Source of the DNA: an uncultured Acidobacteriota bacterium | Lineage (GTDB): Bacteria > Acidobacteriota > Thermoanaerobaculia > Multivoradales > SZUA-115 | Direction: 5' to 3' | Assembly: GCA_963805975.1 (NCBI GenBank) | Contig: CAWDVR010000006.1 | Span: 160,001-224,000 of the forward strand | DNA: 64,000 nucleotides | Part shown: one piece after another, positions 52,111 to 64,000 of the stretch | Position numbering within the stretch: position 1 is the stretch's first letter | Layout of the letters: each line of letters opens with the position of its first letter | Translations under genes and position numbers: made by a program | The notes under the pieces: model-generated | Told to the model about the DNA's origin: nothing | What the model saw: the letters and a program-made list of their open reading frames with translations, nothing else | Databases searched by the model: none

Positions 52111-53416
52111 TCATGGCCGGGGGTGCTCGCCTTTCTGCCGGAGGAGGGCCTCGAGCAGGCGGTACCCGGCGCGGCGGAAGGCGTCCCGCGCGGCCTCGCC
52201 GTCGGGCTCGGGATCGGGGACCGGACCGGTCGCCAGCGCGCCGTAGGCCGCGGAGCGATAGACCCCGGAGATCGCGCTCACGCCCCGCTCACGCAGCGTG
52301 CCGGGGATCTCTCCCGCTTCCAGATGTCCGAGCACCCGCGCCAGCTCGCCCGCGGCGTCGTCCGCCTGGGCCAGGGCGGCGAGGTCGAGCGGCGGCAGGG
52401 TCTCGTCGCTCGCGCGGTCGAGGGCCAGCGCCAGCGCGCCGCCGATCGGGTCTTCCCCCTCGGTCAGCGCCTCGAGCCAGGGCCGGAGCTTGCCGTGGAG
52501 CGGCGTGCGCCCCACGCAGCGCAGGTGGAGCACGAGGGTCGCGAGCGAGTCCCCACCTTCGCGATGCGCCTGCTCCAGGGCGCGGAGGGCCGCTTCCCGC
52601 CAGAGCCGGTCGAAGCCCTCCTGGTCCGGCGCGCCGTCGAGGCTCCACGGTCACCGTCTCGTAGCGCACGGCGGAGAGCGGGACGAGCTCCAGCCGGTCG
52701 ATCCGCCCGTCCTCGGCCGCGAGGAGCCAGGCGCCATGGGCTCCCGGCTCGCCGGGATCGAGAGCCTGGGGCGAGCCGGGGTAGAGGGTCGGAGTCCCCG
52801 CCCCCGTGAGCCGGGCCGGCGTGTGGATGTGGCCCAAAAGCCAGGCCGAAACCGGTGTGCTCCGAAGCCGGGGAAGGGCCAGGGGTGCGTACGGACCGGC
52901 CAGGACGCCGGCGTCGCCGTGGAGCAGGCCGAACACCGGCGCCTCGGGGGTCGCCGGAAGGCTGTAGGTTTCGAGCGGGTCCGTGCTCACCCACTTGTCC
53001 GGGAAGGACCAACCGTCGAAGAAGGCCAGGGTGTGGCCGTCGCGCTCGAGTGCCGCGCGCTGCCAGGCACCGCCTTCGCCCAGCACCCGGAAGCGCGGCT
53101 CGCCGAGCACCCGCGCCAGACGGGGCAGCACGTCGAAGTCGTGGTTGCCGGCCACCGCCACGGTGTCGATGCCCGCCGCGGCCAGGCGCAGGATGCCGGC
53201 CGTCAGCGGTCCCAGGGCCTCGTAATAGCGGTTCTCGCGATCGACCACGTCGCCGGTGAGCACCACTGCCTCGACTTTGCGGTCGAGGGCCAGCTCGACG
53301 ACCCGCTCCCAGGCCCCGGTGGTGGAGAAGCGGCGATCGCCGGCCAGCGCTGCCGGCAACCGCGCCGACCTGCGGCCGAGATGGAGATCGCCGGTGATGA
53401 GGAGCTTGAGGGTCAT
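52111..53416 (-). pseudogene. YhaO/SbcD-like metallophosphoesterase nuclease with a 1-bp frameshift near 52643
   Basis: GDLHLG, GDVVD, GNHD, LLHG, LGHIH, YPGSPQ; C-terminus continues in another frame to 52111. Confidence 0.85.
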
Positions 53417-53472
53417 TTGCCCTGGCAATGGTAGCAGCCGGCCGAGAACGCGATCCGAGGGAGAATCCGCGG

Positions 53473-54300
53473 GTGCCCGCTTTCCTCTGCCCCGTGCGCG
53501 CTTGTGGAGAGCCCCTGGTCCGCGACGACCGGGCGCTCTCTTGCCCGCGCGGCCACGCCTTCGACGTCGCCCGGAGCGGTTATATCAACCTCCTCCAGCC
53601 GCAGGACCGGCGGTCGCCCGCGGCCGGGGACTCGAAGGCCATGGCGCTCGCCCGGCGGCGGTTGTACGAGGCGGGCTACGGTGCCGTGTTGCTCGAAGCG
53701 ATCGTCGGAGCGCCCGAGGTCCAGGCATTGCCCGCGGGCGCTGCCGTGCTCGACGTGGGCTGCGGCGAGGGCTGGATGCTGGGCTCCCTCGCGGCACGGC
53801 GGCCGATCGACGGCCACGGCGTGGACCTCTCGGCGCCGGCGATCGAGCTCGCGGCCCGCCGCCAGCCGGCGCTCACCTGGGTGGTGGCCAACGCGGACCG
53901 CTCGCTGTCCTATGCCGCCGCGGGCTTCGATCTCGCGCTCTCGATCACCGCGCGGCGCAACGCAGCGGAGCTGGCGCGTGTGCTCCGGCCCGGTGCAGGC
54001 CTGCTGGTCGCCGTGCCCGCGGCGGACGACCTGGTCGAGCTGCGGGAAGCGGTGCAAGGTGAGGGCGTGCTCCGGGATCGCACGGAAGGAGTGGTGGAGG
54101 AGCTGGCGAGCGGCTTCGACCTGGAGCGCCGCGAGACCGTGAGTTCCCGGGCCGTGCTCGACGCCGGCGCGCTGCGGGACCTTCTCGCCGCAACCTACCG
54201 CGGCGCCCGCCGCCGCGAGCAGGAACGGGTGGCGGCCCTCTCCCGGCTCGAGGTGACCACGAGCTGGGACTTGCTGTGGCTGCGGCGCCGGCCGGGCTAG
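53473..54300 (+). CDS. RlmA-like rRNA (guanine-N1) methyltransferase
   Basis: Zinc finger CPVRAC...CPRGHAFDVARSGYINLL; GDSKAM..ARR; LDVGCGEG. Confidence 0.85.
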   Translation: MPAFLCPVRACGEPLVRDDRALSCPRGHAFDVARSGYINLLQPQDRRSPAAGDSKAMALARRRLYEAGYGAVLLEAIVGAPEVQALPAGAAVLDVGCGEGWMLGSLAARRPIDGHGVDLSAPAIELAARRQPALTWVVANADRSLSYAAAGFDLALSITARRNAAELARVLRPGAGLLVAVPAADDLVELREAVQGEGVLRDRTEGVVEELASGFDLERRETVSSRAVLDAGALRDLLAATYRGARRREQERVAALSRLEVTTSWDLLWLRRRPG

Positions 54301-54311
54301 ACTGCGCCTCC

Positions 54312-55517
54312 ATGTCGCTCTCCCTGGTCGCCACCTGCGCGCTCGGTCTCGAGGAGATCCTGGCCGGCGAGCTGGCCGGGCTCGGCATGAGCGGGATCGA
54401 AGGGCAGAAGGGCGCCGTGTCGTTCACCGGCTCGTGGCCCGAGGTGTGGCGCGCCAACTATCGCCTGCGGACCGCCAACCGCGTGCTGGTCGAGCTCGGA
54501 AGCTGGCCGGCCCGGGACGGCGACGAGCTCACCGCCGGTGCCCTCGACCTGGTGCGGGGCCAGAGCCGGGCGGCCGGGGCCGGCGCGGAGGCGCGGTCCG
54601 CGGGCGCCCGCCAGTCCTGGGACGGCCTCGACGGCCGCGCGCTCTTCGATCCCGATGCCTCGTTCTCGCTGCGGGCCACGGCCGCGGCCTCGCAGATCAC
54701 CGACGCCCGCTGGGTGGCTCTCAAGGTGAAGGACGGCATCGTGGATGCCCAGCGCGCGCTCTGGGGCCGGCGCTCGTTCGTCGAGCGGCAGGACCCGGAC
54801 CGGCCGCTGCGGGTCTGGCTGCACCAGGACCGCGCCGTGCTGCTGCTCGACACCTCGGGCGAGCCGCTCGACCGCCGCGGCTACCGGCTGGAGAGCGGCG
54901 CCGCGCCGGTGCGCGAGCAGCTCGCGGCGGCGTGCGTGCTGGCCGCGGGCTGGGAGGGCGCCCAGGCAGGAGCGAGCTCCGTGGTGGTGGATCCGATGTG
55001 CGGCACCGGCACGCTGCTGGCCGAGGCCGGATGGATCGGCCTCGGCTGGGCGCCGGGGCGCCTGCGCCGCGCCTGGGCCTTCGAGCGGCTGCCGAGCTTC
55101 CACGCCCGCGCCTTCGCCGGCGTGCGGAACGAGGCGATCACGGCGCCCGCCCCCGAGCTGCGCCTGCTGGGCCTCGACAGCTCGGGCGGGGCCTTGCGGT
55201 CCGCGCGCGCCAACCTCGAGGCGGCCGGCCTCGCCTCGCGCACCCGGCTCGAGAAGGCGGATGCCTTCGCCTACGATCCTCCCGCGGGCCCCGGCCTGGT
55301 GCTGGTCAACCCGCCGTACGGGGCGCGGCTCCCGGCGGGGGAGGAGGAGTGGCGGCGGCTGGGCGACCTGCTCAAACGGCGCTACCCCGGCTACCGCGCG
55401 GTGGTGCTGGCCGGCGACCCGTCGCGCGGCAAGTGGATCGGCCTCAAGCCCCGGCGCCGCATCCCGGTCGCCAACGGGGCGATCGAGGCCCGCATCCTGA
55501 TCTTCGATCTCTACTAG
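54312..55517 (+). CDS. THUMP-domain RlmL-like RNA methyltransferase
   Basis: ATCALGLE..LA.EL; LRTANRVL; DTSGEPL.RRGYR; DPMCGTGT; NPPYG. Confidence 0.9.
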   Translation: MSLSLVATCALGLEEILAGELAGLGMSGIEGQKGAVSFTGSWPEVWRANYRLRTANRVLVELGSWPARDGDELTAGALDLVRGQSRAAGAGAEARSAGARQSWDGLDGRALFDPDASFSLRATAAASQITDARWVALKVKDGIVDAQRALWGRRSFVERQDPDRPLRVWLHQDRAVLLLDTSGEPLDRRGYRLESGAAPVREQLAAACVLAAGWEGAQAGASSVVVDPMCGTGTLLAEAGWIGLGWAPGRLRRAWAFERLPSFHARAFAGVRNEAITAPAPELRLLGLDSSGGALRSARANLEAAGLASRTRLEKADAFAYDPPAGPGLVLVNPPYGARLPAGEEEWRRLGDLLKRRYPGYRAVVLAGDPSRGKWIGLKPRRRIPVANGAIEARILIFDLY

Positions 55518-55550
55518 TTGCACCCTCTCTATCCGCTTCACGGAGGCAGC

Positions 55551-56735
55551 TTGAATACGAGCGCAAAGGATGCGAACCCGAAGCGCAGCATGGTGGGGGC
55601 CGGCCTCGAGACCCGGCTGGTCCACGCCGGGCACGGCGAGAGGATCGGCGGCGCGCTGGTGCTGCCGATCTTCCAGTCCGCCGTGTTCGGGATCGAGGAG
55701 ACGGGCTACGAGGGGCTCAAGTACCCGCGCTACGGCAACCTTCCCAACCAGGAAGCGGTGGCCGCGAAGCTCGCCAGCCTCGAAGGCGCGGAAGCCGCCG
55801 TGGTGACGGCGAGCGGCATGGCCGCGATCTCGGCCGCGTTGCTCTCGGTGCTCTCGAGCGGCGACCATCTGCTGGCGCTCGACTGCCTCTACGGCGGCAC
55901 CCACACGCTCATCACCAAGCGCTTCCCGTCGTTCGGCATCCGTCACGACTTCATCGGCGGAGATGATCCTGCGAGCTGGAAGGCGATGCTCAAGCCCGAG
56001 ACCAGGGCGATCTACGTCGAGACCACCACCAACCCGCTGACCCAGGTGCCCGAGCTCGACGCCGTGGTGGCCTTTGCCCGCGAGCACGGCCTGGTGAGCC
56101 TGATCGACAACACCTTCGCCACACCCATCGGCTTCCGCCCGGCGGAGCGCGGCTTCGACCTCTCGCTCCACAGTTGCACCAAGTACCTGAACGGCCACTC
56201 GGACCTCGTGGCCGGTGCCGCGATCGGCAGCGGGGCGGCGGTAGAGAAGGTCCATTCCTGGCTGAAGCTCCTGGGCGGCAGCCTCGATCCCCACGCCGCT
56301 TTCCTGCTGATGCGGGGGATGAAGACCCTGTCGCTGCGGGTCGCGCGGCAGAGCGAGAACGCTCTCTCTCTCGCCCGCCACCTCGAAGCGCAGCCGGGCG
56401 TTGCCCGCGTGCGCTACCCCGGCCTGCCGAGCCACCCGGACCACGAGCGCGCGGCCCGGCTGCTCGACGGCTTCGGCGCCATGCTCGCCTTCGAGCCGGC
56501 CGGTGGAGAGGAGGCAGCGGACCGCTTCCTCTCCCGCGTGCGTCTCGCGACCCACGCGCCGAGCCTCGGCGGGCTCGAGACCCTGGTGGTCTCGCCGGCA
56601 CGCTCCTCCCACGCCGGCCTGAAGCCCGAGGAGCGGGAGCGCCTGGGGATCACCGGGGCCCTGGTGCGGGTGTCGGTGGGCATCGAGTCCCTCCCCGACC
56701 TGATCGCCGACTTCGACCAGGCCCTGGCGGGCTAG
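55551..56735 (+). CDS. Cys/Met metabolism PLP enzyme (cystathionine gamma-synthase/lyase family)
   Basis: SGMAAI; YGGT; DNTFATP; HSCTKYLNGHSD; SLGG.ETL; RVSVGIE. Confidence 0.92.
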   Translation: MNTSAKDANPKRSMVGAGLETRLVHAGHGERIGGALVLPIFQSAVFGIEETGYEGLKYPRYGNLPNQEAVAAKLASLEGAEAAVVTASGMAAISAALLSVLSSGDHLLALDCLYGGTHTLITKRFPSFGIRHDFIGGDDPASWKAMLKPETRAIYVETTTNPLTQVPELDAVVAFAREHGLVSLIDNTFATPIGFRPAERGFDLSLHSCTKYLNGHSDLVAGAAIGSGAAVEKVHSWLKLLGGSLDPHAAFLLMRGMKTLSLRVARQSENALSLARHLEAQPGVARVRYPGLPSHPDHERAARLLDGFGAMLAFEPAGGEEAADRFLSRVRLATHAPSLGGLETLVVSPARSSHAGLKPEERERLGITGALVRVSVGIESLPDLIADFDQALAG

Positions 56736-56832
56736 CCTTTGGACAGCGGGTGGCCGAATCCTGTAGGTTCGGTGGCACGACTGTCCGTGCAACGCCACCT
56801 CACCGGCGCTCGACCTCAAGGAGACCCCCCGA

Positions 56833-58695
56833 ATGTTCGATCGAGCTTTGCGAACAGCACCTTGGCTCCTCGCCTGTGCCCTGGCCGCCTCTCCGGCGAC
56901 TGTCCAAGCGAAGAGCCTCTACGGCACCTTCACCGAGATCCAGAGCGCCGACCTGCTTACCTTCCGGCACGACGCCGGCACCTACGCGATTCGCCTCTAC
57001 GGCGTGGACGCCCCCGAGGCCGGCGAGCCCTTCGCCCTCGAGGCCAGGCTCCTCACCCGGGCCCTGGTGATGGGCGGCCGGGAGCACCGGGTGCGCATCG
57101 AGGAGCGCAACGAGCGCGGCGAGATGGTGGCCCAGGTGCTGATCGACGGCCAGGACGTGGGGCTCGCCCTGCTGCGTGCGGGCCTCGCCAAGCGAGTGCC
57201 GGACGTTCACTACAAACTGATGCGCGACGACCAGCCCGACGCCCTGGTCGCGACCGAGGACGAAGCCCGGCTGGCGAACCGAGGGGTGTGGAAAGGATCG
57301 GCGCCCAAGGCGGCTACCAAGGCCCAGGGTTCCCTGCCGGCGCAGGCGGAGCCGGTGCGCGGCGGCGGTACGCTCGACCGTAACGCCAGCCAGAAGACCG
57401 GCGCCGACAACGAGTGCGCCGTGGCCCAGGACCCGACCACGCCGAACCGCCTGTTCAAGTCCTGCAACACGTCGTCGGCCGGGCTGTTCGCCGCGCTGAG
57501 CAGCGACGGCGGGGACACCTGGACCTATCCGGACCCGGCGGACAAGACCATCGCCGACGGCGATGCAGGCCAGGGCGTGAGCGCCTGCTGCGACCCGACC
57601 CTGACCTGGGACAGCTTCGGCAACCTCTACGTGACCTACCTCAACGGGGCTGCCAGCGCCGTGGTGACGCTGCTCTCGACCGACGGCGGCGCCACCTTCT
57701 CGCCGCTCGCCAGCTTCTCGGGCAGCGTCGATCAGCCCACCGTGGTCTCGGCCGACGTCCCCGGCGGCGTGGCGGTGTGGATCGTGTGGAACCAGAGCGG
57801 CTCGATGAGGGCGCAGGGCGCGCTGGCGACCGGGCTCGGCACCGTGGGCGCGTTCTCGGCGCAGCAGACCGCTCCCAGCACTTCCGGCTGCAGCTTTGGC
57901 GACATCGCCATCGCCCCCAGCGGTGTCGTGGTGCAGGTCTGCGAGCAGCCCTCGGGTGGCCAGGGCCCGGCCAACATTCGCCTCAACATCGACGCCGACG
58001 GCCTGGGCGCAGGTGGCTTCAGCGCGGTCTCGACCGCCACCGTGACCAACGTCGGCGGCTTCGACTTCATCCCGGCGCAGGACAACCGCTCGGTCGACGC
58101 CGAGGCGGGCCTCGCCTACGACGCCAACCCGTCGAGCCCGCACTTCGGCAGGCTGTACCTGGTCTACAGCGAAGAAGTGGTCAACGAGGTGCACGATCTC
58201 GAGACCATGGTCCGTTTCTCGGACGACAACGGAGGGAGCTGGAGCGCGCCGATCCGGGTCAACGACGACGCCACCACCCGCAGCCAGTTCATGCCCAAGA
58301 TCGCCTCCGACCCGGCTACCGGCAACCTCGGTGTCTGCTGGCACGACGCCAGGAGCTCGGCGACCAACGACGCGATGGAGATCTTCTGCGCGACCGCCGA
58401 CACCAGCGGCGCCGCACCCACCTTCAACGCCAACGTGCTGGTGAGCGACGCGCCTTCCACCTCGACCGGTGCGGGGGTCGAGTTCGGCGACTACATGGGG
58501 ATCGCCTTCAAGGGCGGCGTCGTGCGTCCGGTGTGGGCGGACACCTCCAACTCGACCGGTGACAACCCCAACGGCACGGGCAACTTCGATGCGTACAGCG
58601 ACTTCGTCACGATGAGGGTCGCACTGTTCTCCGACGGCTTCGAAACCGGAGACGTGAGCACCTGGACCGCCTGTTTCGGCACGTGTCCTCCGTAG
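56833..58695 (+). CDS. Secreted thermonuclease(SNase)-like + Asp-box (BNR) propeller protein with C-terminal FSDGFETGD tag
   Basis: Signal peptide; IRLYGVDAPE...LLRAGLA...EARLANRGVW; SSDGGDTW, STDGGATF, SDDNGGSW; FGDYMGI. Confidence 0.8.
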   Translation: MFDRALRTAPWLLACALAASPATVQAKSLYGTFTEIQSADLLTFRHDAGTYAIRLYGVDAPEAGEPFALEARLLTRALVMGGREHRVRIEERNERGEMVAQVLIDGQDVGLALLRAGLAKRVPDVHYKLMRDDQPDALVATEDEARLANRGVWKGSAPKAATKAQGSLPAQAEPVRGGGTLDRNASQKTGADNECAVAQDPTTPNRLFKSCNTSSAGLFAALSSDGGDTWTYPDPADKTIADGDAGQGVSACCDPTLTWDSFGNLYVTYLNGAASAVVTLLSTDGGATFSPLASFSGSVDQPTVVSADVPGGVAVWIVWNQSGSMRAQGALATGLGTVGAFSAQQTAPSTSGCSFGDIAIAPSGVVVQVCEQPSGGQGPANIRLNIDADGLGAGGFSAVSTATVTNVGGFDFIPAQDNRSVDAEAGLAYDANPSSPHFGRLYLVYSEEVVNEVHDLETMVRFSDDNGGSWSAPIRVNDDATTRSQFMPKIASDPATGNLGVCWHDARSSATNDAMEIFCATADTSGAAPTFNANVLVSDAPSTSTGAGVEFGDYMGIAFKGGVVRPVWADTSNSTGDNPNGTGNFDAYSDFVTMRVALFSDGFETGDVSTWTACFGTCPP

Positions 58696-59707
58696 GACGG
58701 GCGCAGTACCTCGCGGCCGCGCTCGCCGTGGCGGTCGCCGGACCATCCGCGAGCGCTGCGGAGCCTGCTCTCACTGCCCCCGCCCTCGCTTTCGCCGCGG
58801 GGAGTCGCTCCGCTCCACTCGGTCACGTTGCGCGCCGCGACCCCGCCGCGGCTGTCGCTTCCCCGATAGCTTCTGCGTGCCTCGCGACACGGCCTCGATC
58901 TGCACCGCGGACGACACCGGCGAGGCGCCTTGTTACGCCGTCTCGGAGCCGGAGATCTACGCCCGCTCGCGGGCCGTCGCCCGGCTCCTCGTCGGCACGC
59001 TCTACTGCACCGGCTGGCTGGTGGGCAACGAGGGGCACCTGCTCACCGCGGGCCACTGCATCCCGAACCAGGCTGCGGCCAGCACGGCGCAGGTGGAGAT
59101 GGCGGCCGAGGGCGCATCCTGCGACCAGGACTGCAGCCTGCCCGGTGCCTGCCCCGGCGAAGTAGTGGCGACCGCCGTGACCCTGGTGCGCACCCACCCG
59201 GACCTCGACTACAGCCTGGTGCGCCTGCCGGTGAACCCCACGGCCGACTACGGCTACCTCCAGCTCCGCGCCGCGGGCGCCGCGCTGGGCGAGCGCATCT
59301 ACATGCCCCAGCACCCCGGCGGCAACGGCCGGCGGATCGCCGTCACCTCCACCTATCCGCTGGACACCGAGGGCTTTCCCCACGTCGCGAGCCGCGACCT
59401 TCCACCCTGCCATCCCGCCTCGACGGTCGCGCACCTGGGCTCGTTCGCGGACACCCGGCCCGGCGCCTCCGGCTCACCGCTCCTCGCCTACGAAGACCAC
59501 CGGGTGATCGCCCTCCACGGCTGCCGCGCCGTGCTGCTGTGTGCGACGGGTGAGGAGGCGAGCGACTCGCCGAACCGCGCGGTGCCGATCGAGGCCGTGA
59601 TCGCGGACCTCGGCCAAGACCTGCCGCCGTCGGCGATCTTCGATCCGCTGTTTGCCGACGGCTTCGAGAGTGGCGACACCTCCGCCTGGACGGCGGAGGT
59701 ACCGTAG
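58683..59707 (+). pseudogene. Secreted trypsin-like serine protease with C-terminal FADGFESGD tag; signal peptide out of frame (shift near 58885)
   Basis: TAGHC, DYSLV, GASGSP triad in the 58877 frame; signal peptide YLAAALAVAVAGPSASA in the 58683 frame. Confidence 0.75.
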
Positions 59708-59716
59708 GGCCCCTAC
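59704..59716. repeat. Short GTAG palindrome joining two convergent stop codons
   Basis: GTAGGG-C-CCCTAC. Confidence 0.45.
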
Positions 59717-60933
59717 TGCGCGAACACCTTCACCGAGCGGCCGATCTTGTCGAACATGCCGCGCAGCTCGTCGTAGTCGGGGTGGCGCATGCGGAGCCAG
59801 GCGTTGGCCATGTAGCCGGCGCCCACGTCCTGGGTAGGAGTGCCGGGCGGCGGGAAGTGGGCATCGATGATCCACTGGCCGTAGGCCTGCTGCACGGCTT
59901 CGAGGCCCTGGTAGCCGGCGATGCGTCCGTCGCGGTCCGGGCGCAGCGCCTGCATGCCGGCCGCGAAGCGCCGCGAGGGGCGCTGGTCGATGCGGCCGTG
60001 GGCGATCGCCATCGCCCATTCGCGATAGACGTCGAAGTCGTTGGCCGCCGAATAGAGGTCCCACTGTGCCTGGCCGGTGGGCCGGCAGCCGATCTCCGAG
60101 AACTTGAGGCCCTTGCCGCCGAAGAACCACTCCATGTGGGTCGCCGAGGTGCCGATGCCCAGCGCCTCGATCACCCGCCGGCCCATGCGCTTGACCTCGT
60201 CGTAAGCGGGCGCGTCCATGCGGTTGGTGGTCACCACGGTGGGCGAGATCCAGCGCTCGCGCATCGCCTCGAGCACGTTCGGGTAGTAGTGCGAGATGAA
60301 CTCGTGCGCGACCTGGCCGCCGATCGAGATCGTGTCGTGGAAGCCCTCGTGGCCCTCGATGAACTCTTCGAGCGCCACCGAGGCGCCGCGGGAGAGGCCG
60401 GAGGTCTCTATGGCGCGCTCGAGCTCGCGGGGATCGTTGGCGCGCACCGTGCCCGCGGCGCCGGCGCCGCTCCTCGGCTTGACGATCAGCGGGAAGCCCA
60501 CCTGCTCGGCGAAGGCCCAGGCCTCCTCGGGCGTGTCCGCCGGCGCCGACTGCGCGCAGGGCACGCCCGCCTGGCGCAAGGCTTCCTTCATCGCCGGCTT
60601 GTCGCGGCAGAGCCAGGCGGTGCGCACCGTGGTGCCGGGGATGCCACAGGCCTCGCGCACCTTGGCGGCCGGCAGCACGTGCGCCTCGATGGTGGCCTCC
60701 AGGCGGTCCACCCACCCGCGTTCCTGCACCCGACGCACCGCCGCCAGGAGGGCGCGCTCGTCGACCACCGACGGCACCTGCTCGTAGCCCTGGAGGTAAC
60801 GCTTGACCTCCTGCGGCAGGTGGTCGCGCGACGCCTCGCCGATGGCGGTGACGTGGGCGCCGACCTCGGCCAGGCCGCGGGCGAAGTTGCGCTGGTAGTT
60901 CGGGAAGCCGGGCTCGACGAAGAGGACGTGCAT
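59713..60933 (-). CDS. ATP-grasp domain protein
   Basis: CRDKPAMK; GFPLIVKPRSGAGA; EEFIEGHE; THMEWF; SEIGCRP. Confidence 0.88.
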   Translation of the reverse strand: MHVLFVEPGFPNYQRNFARGLAEVGAHVTAIGEASRDHLPQEVKRYLQGYEQVPSVVDERALLAAVRRVQERGWVDRLEATIEAHVLPAAKVREACGIPGTTVRTAWLCRDKPAMKEALRQAGVPCAQSAPADTPEEAWAFAEQVGFPLIVKPRSGAGAAGTVRANDPRELERAIETSGLSRGASVALEEFIEGHEGFHDTISIGGQVAHEFISHYYPNVLEAMRERWISPTVVTTNRMDAPAYDEVKRMGRRVIEALGIGTSATHMEWFFGGKGLKFSEIGCRPTGQAQWDLYSAANDFDVYREWAMAIAHGRIDQRPSRRFAAGMQALRPDRDGRIAGYQGLEAVQQAYGQWIIDAHFPPPGTPTQDVGAGYMANAWLRMRHPDYDELRGMFDKIGRSVKVFAQ

Positions 60934-60947
60934 GGGCGGCGGGCTCC

Positions 60948-63099
<2,152 letters not shown>

Positions 63100-63152
63100 C
63101 TTGCTCTCCAAGTGTCTCGCTTCATCGGGTCGCGAAGCGGAGAATCGGTCGC

Positions 63153-63629
63153 TCAGAAGCAACTGCCTTCGCACTCGATGACGCCGGTGTTCACCCAGAC
63201 GCCGTTCTGACACACCTGCTCTCTCGACTTGTTCTTCCCCCCGCCACAGCAACCCCCCCATACCCACTGGTACTCGCCCTCGGGGCAGCCACAGATGGGG
63301 CAGTAGGTGGTGGCGCCGTTGCAGGTGACGTAGCCACGCTGCCCGACGCCGCAGTTGCGGTCCACGGCCACGCAGGTGCCGGAGCCGTTGGAGCAGGAGA
63401 CCGAGGCGTAGGGCGTACACAGGGCCGTCGCCGAGCAGCGCACGAAGGGCCCCTGGCGGCGCTCTGTGGAAAGGTCGATGGGGATCGGGGTTGGGGCGAG
63501 GTCGGAGGGCAACGGAGGTGGGGACAGCAGCCAGGCGAGATCGGGCTCGCTACAGGCCGGCTCGGCTCCGGCGGCCGGCAGGGCGAGCATCACCAAGGCG
63601 AGGACCCAAAGCACCTTGCACGACATCAT
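63153..63629 (-). CDS. Secreted cysteine-rich protein precursor (paralog 1)
   Basis: RBS AGGAGG; signal peptide, PACS pro-region, RRQGPFVR, then 14 Cys collinear with the downstream paralog. Confidence 0.8.
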   Translation of the reverse strand: MMSCKVLWVLALVMLALPAAGAEPACSEPDLAWLLSPPPLPSDLAPTPIPIDLSTERRQGPFVRCSATALCTPYASVSCSNGSGTCVAVDRNCGVGQRGYVTCNGATTYCPICGCPEGEYQWVWGGCCGGGKNKSREQVCQNGVWVNTGVIECEGSCF

Positions 63630-63757
63630 GGTGGCCTCCTATGGTTTATTGCGAATGATTCCAAGTATAGGCATGGGTTGTGGCAAACGCAAGATGATCC
63701 GTAAAAAAGGAGCAGAGCTGCGTGGGATGGAGCGGAAGGGGTTGAACGGCCGAGGTC

Positions 63758-64000
63758 TCAAGCCACCGCTTCGAAGCGGCCAAATCGCGTGTCGAAGGTG
63801 GCGAGGTGGCGGAAGCGGACCACCAGGCTCTCGTCGGCTTTGCCGTGAAACAGCGTGTTGTGCCACCAGACGTTGTCGTAGACCGGCCCGCTCCCGTGCA
63901 GCTCGGCTCGACAGTGGAGCTCCAGGCAGCGGAAGCGGTCGAGATCGCTCGCTTGGCCCAGGTGGAAGACGTAGAAGACGAGATGACAGCGGGGGTCCGC
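63758..64000 (-). CDS. 3' end of an unknown gene truncated by the window edge
   Basis: Open frame ADPRCHLVFYVFHLG...VYDNVWWHNTLF...FGRFEAVA-stop with typical codon bias. Confidence 0.5.
   Translation of the reverse strand, partial: ADPRCHLVFYVFHLGQASDLDRFRCLELHCRAELHGSGPVYDNVWWHNTLFHGKADESLVVRFRHLATFDTRFGRFEAVA

Noticed and set aside
56741-56786. Imperfect long hairpin GGACAG...CTGTCC as an integron attC site
   Set aside because: Lacks RYYYAAC/GTTRRRY boxes; more likely a terminator or leader structure

Overview
Very GC-rich bacterial DNA, densely coding, with no rRNA, tRNA or CRISPR array that I can see. Gene style (a C-terminal F-x-DGFE-[ST]-GD-x-x-x-W tag, myxobacteria-like secreted proteins, an HspR-type operator) suggests an Acidobacteriota/Thermoanaerobaculia-like organism (inference). 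Left to right: an IPT/TIG lipoprotein; an orphan contractile-injection spike island (vgrG, PAAR, SAM-methyltransferase, MORN/YwqK-like, SPOR) flanked by two putative toxins that share an unnamed N-terminal A-x-H-V...AQ-x-TPG leader, one carrying a zinc-knuckle plus deaminase tip; a TetR-controlled HcrCAB-like molybdoenzyme operon interleaved with two secreted hydrolases; two tandem vapBC modules; minor pilins; an HpnR-like radical SAM enzyme; a MacAB-like pair; trpF; cbpA-clpB with a HAIR site; a three-gene exosortase + M35 peptidase (with C-terminal sorting tail) + stand-alone propeptide lipoprotein cassette; thiO; an ArsA/GET3 pair next to phaR, phasin and patatin; a RapA-like helicase; YhaN/YhaO; RNA methyltransferases; a Cys/Met PLP lyase; two tag-bearing secreted enzymes; an ATP-grasp enzyme; guaB; and two tandem 14-Cys secreted peptide precursors. 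About six single-base frameshifts, several in short base runs, suggest long-read assembly error or recent decay. Best candidates for undescribed systems: the shared-leader toxins, the dedicated exosortase/M35 cassette, the FxDGFE C-terminal tag, and the Cys-rich precursors.
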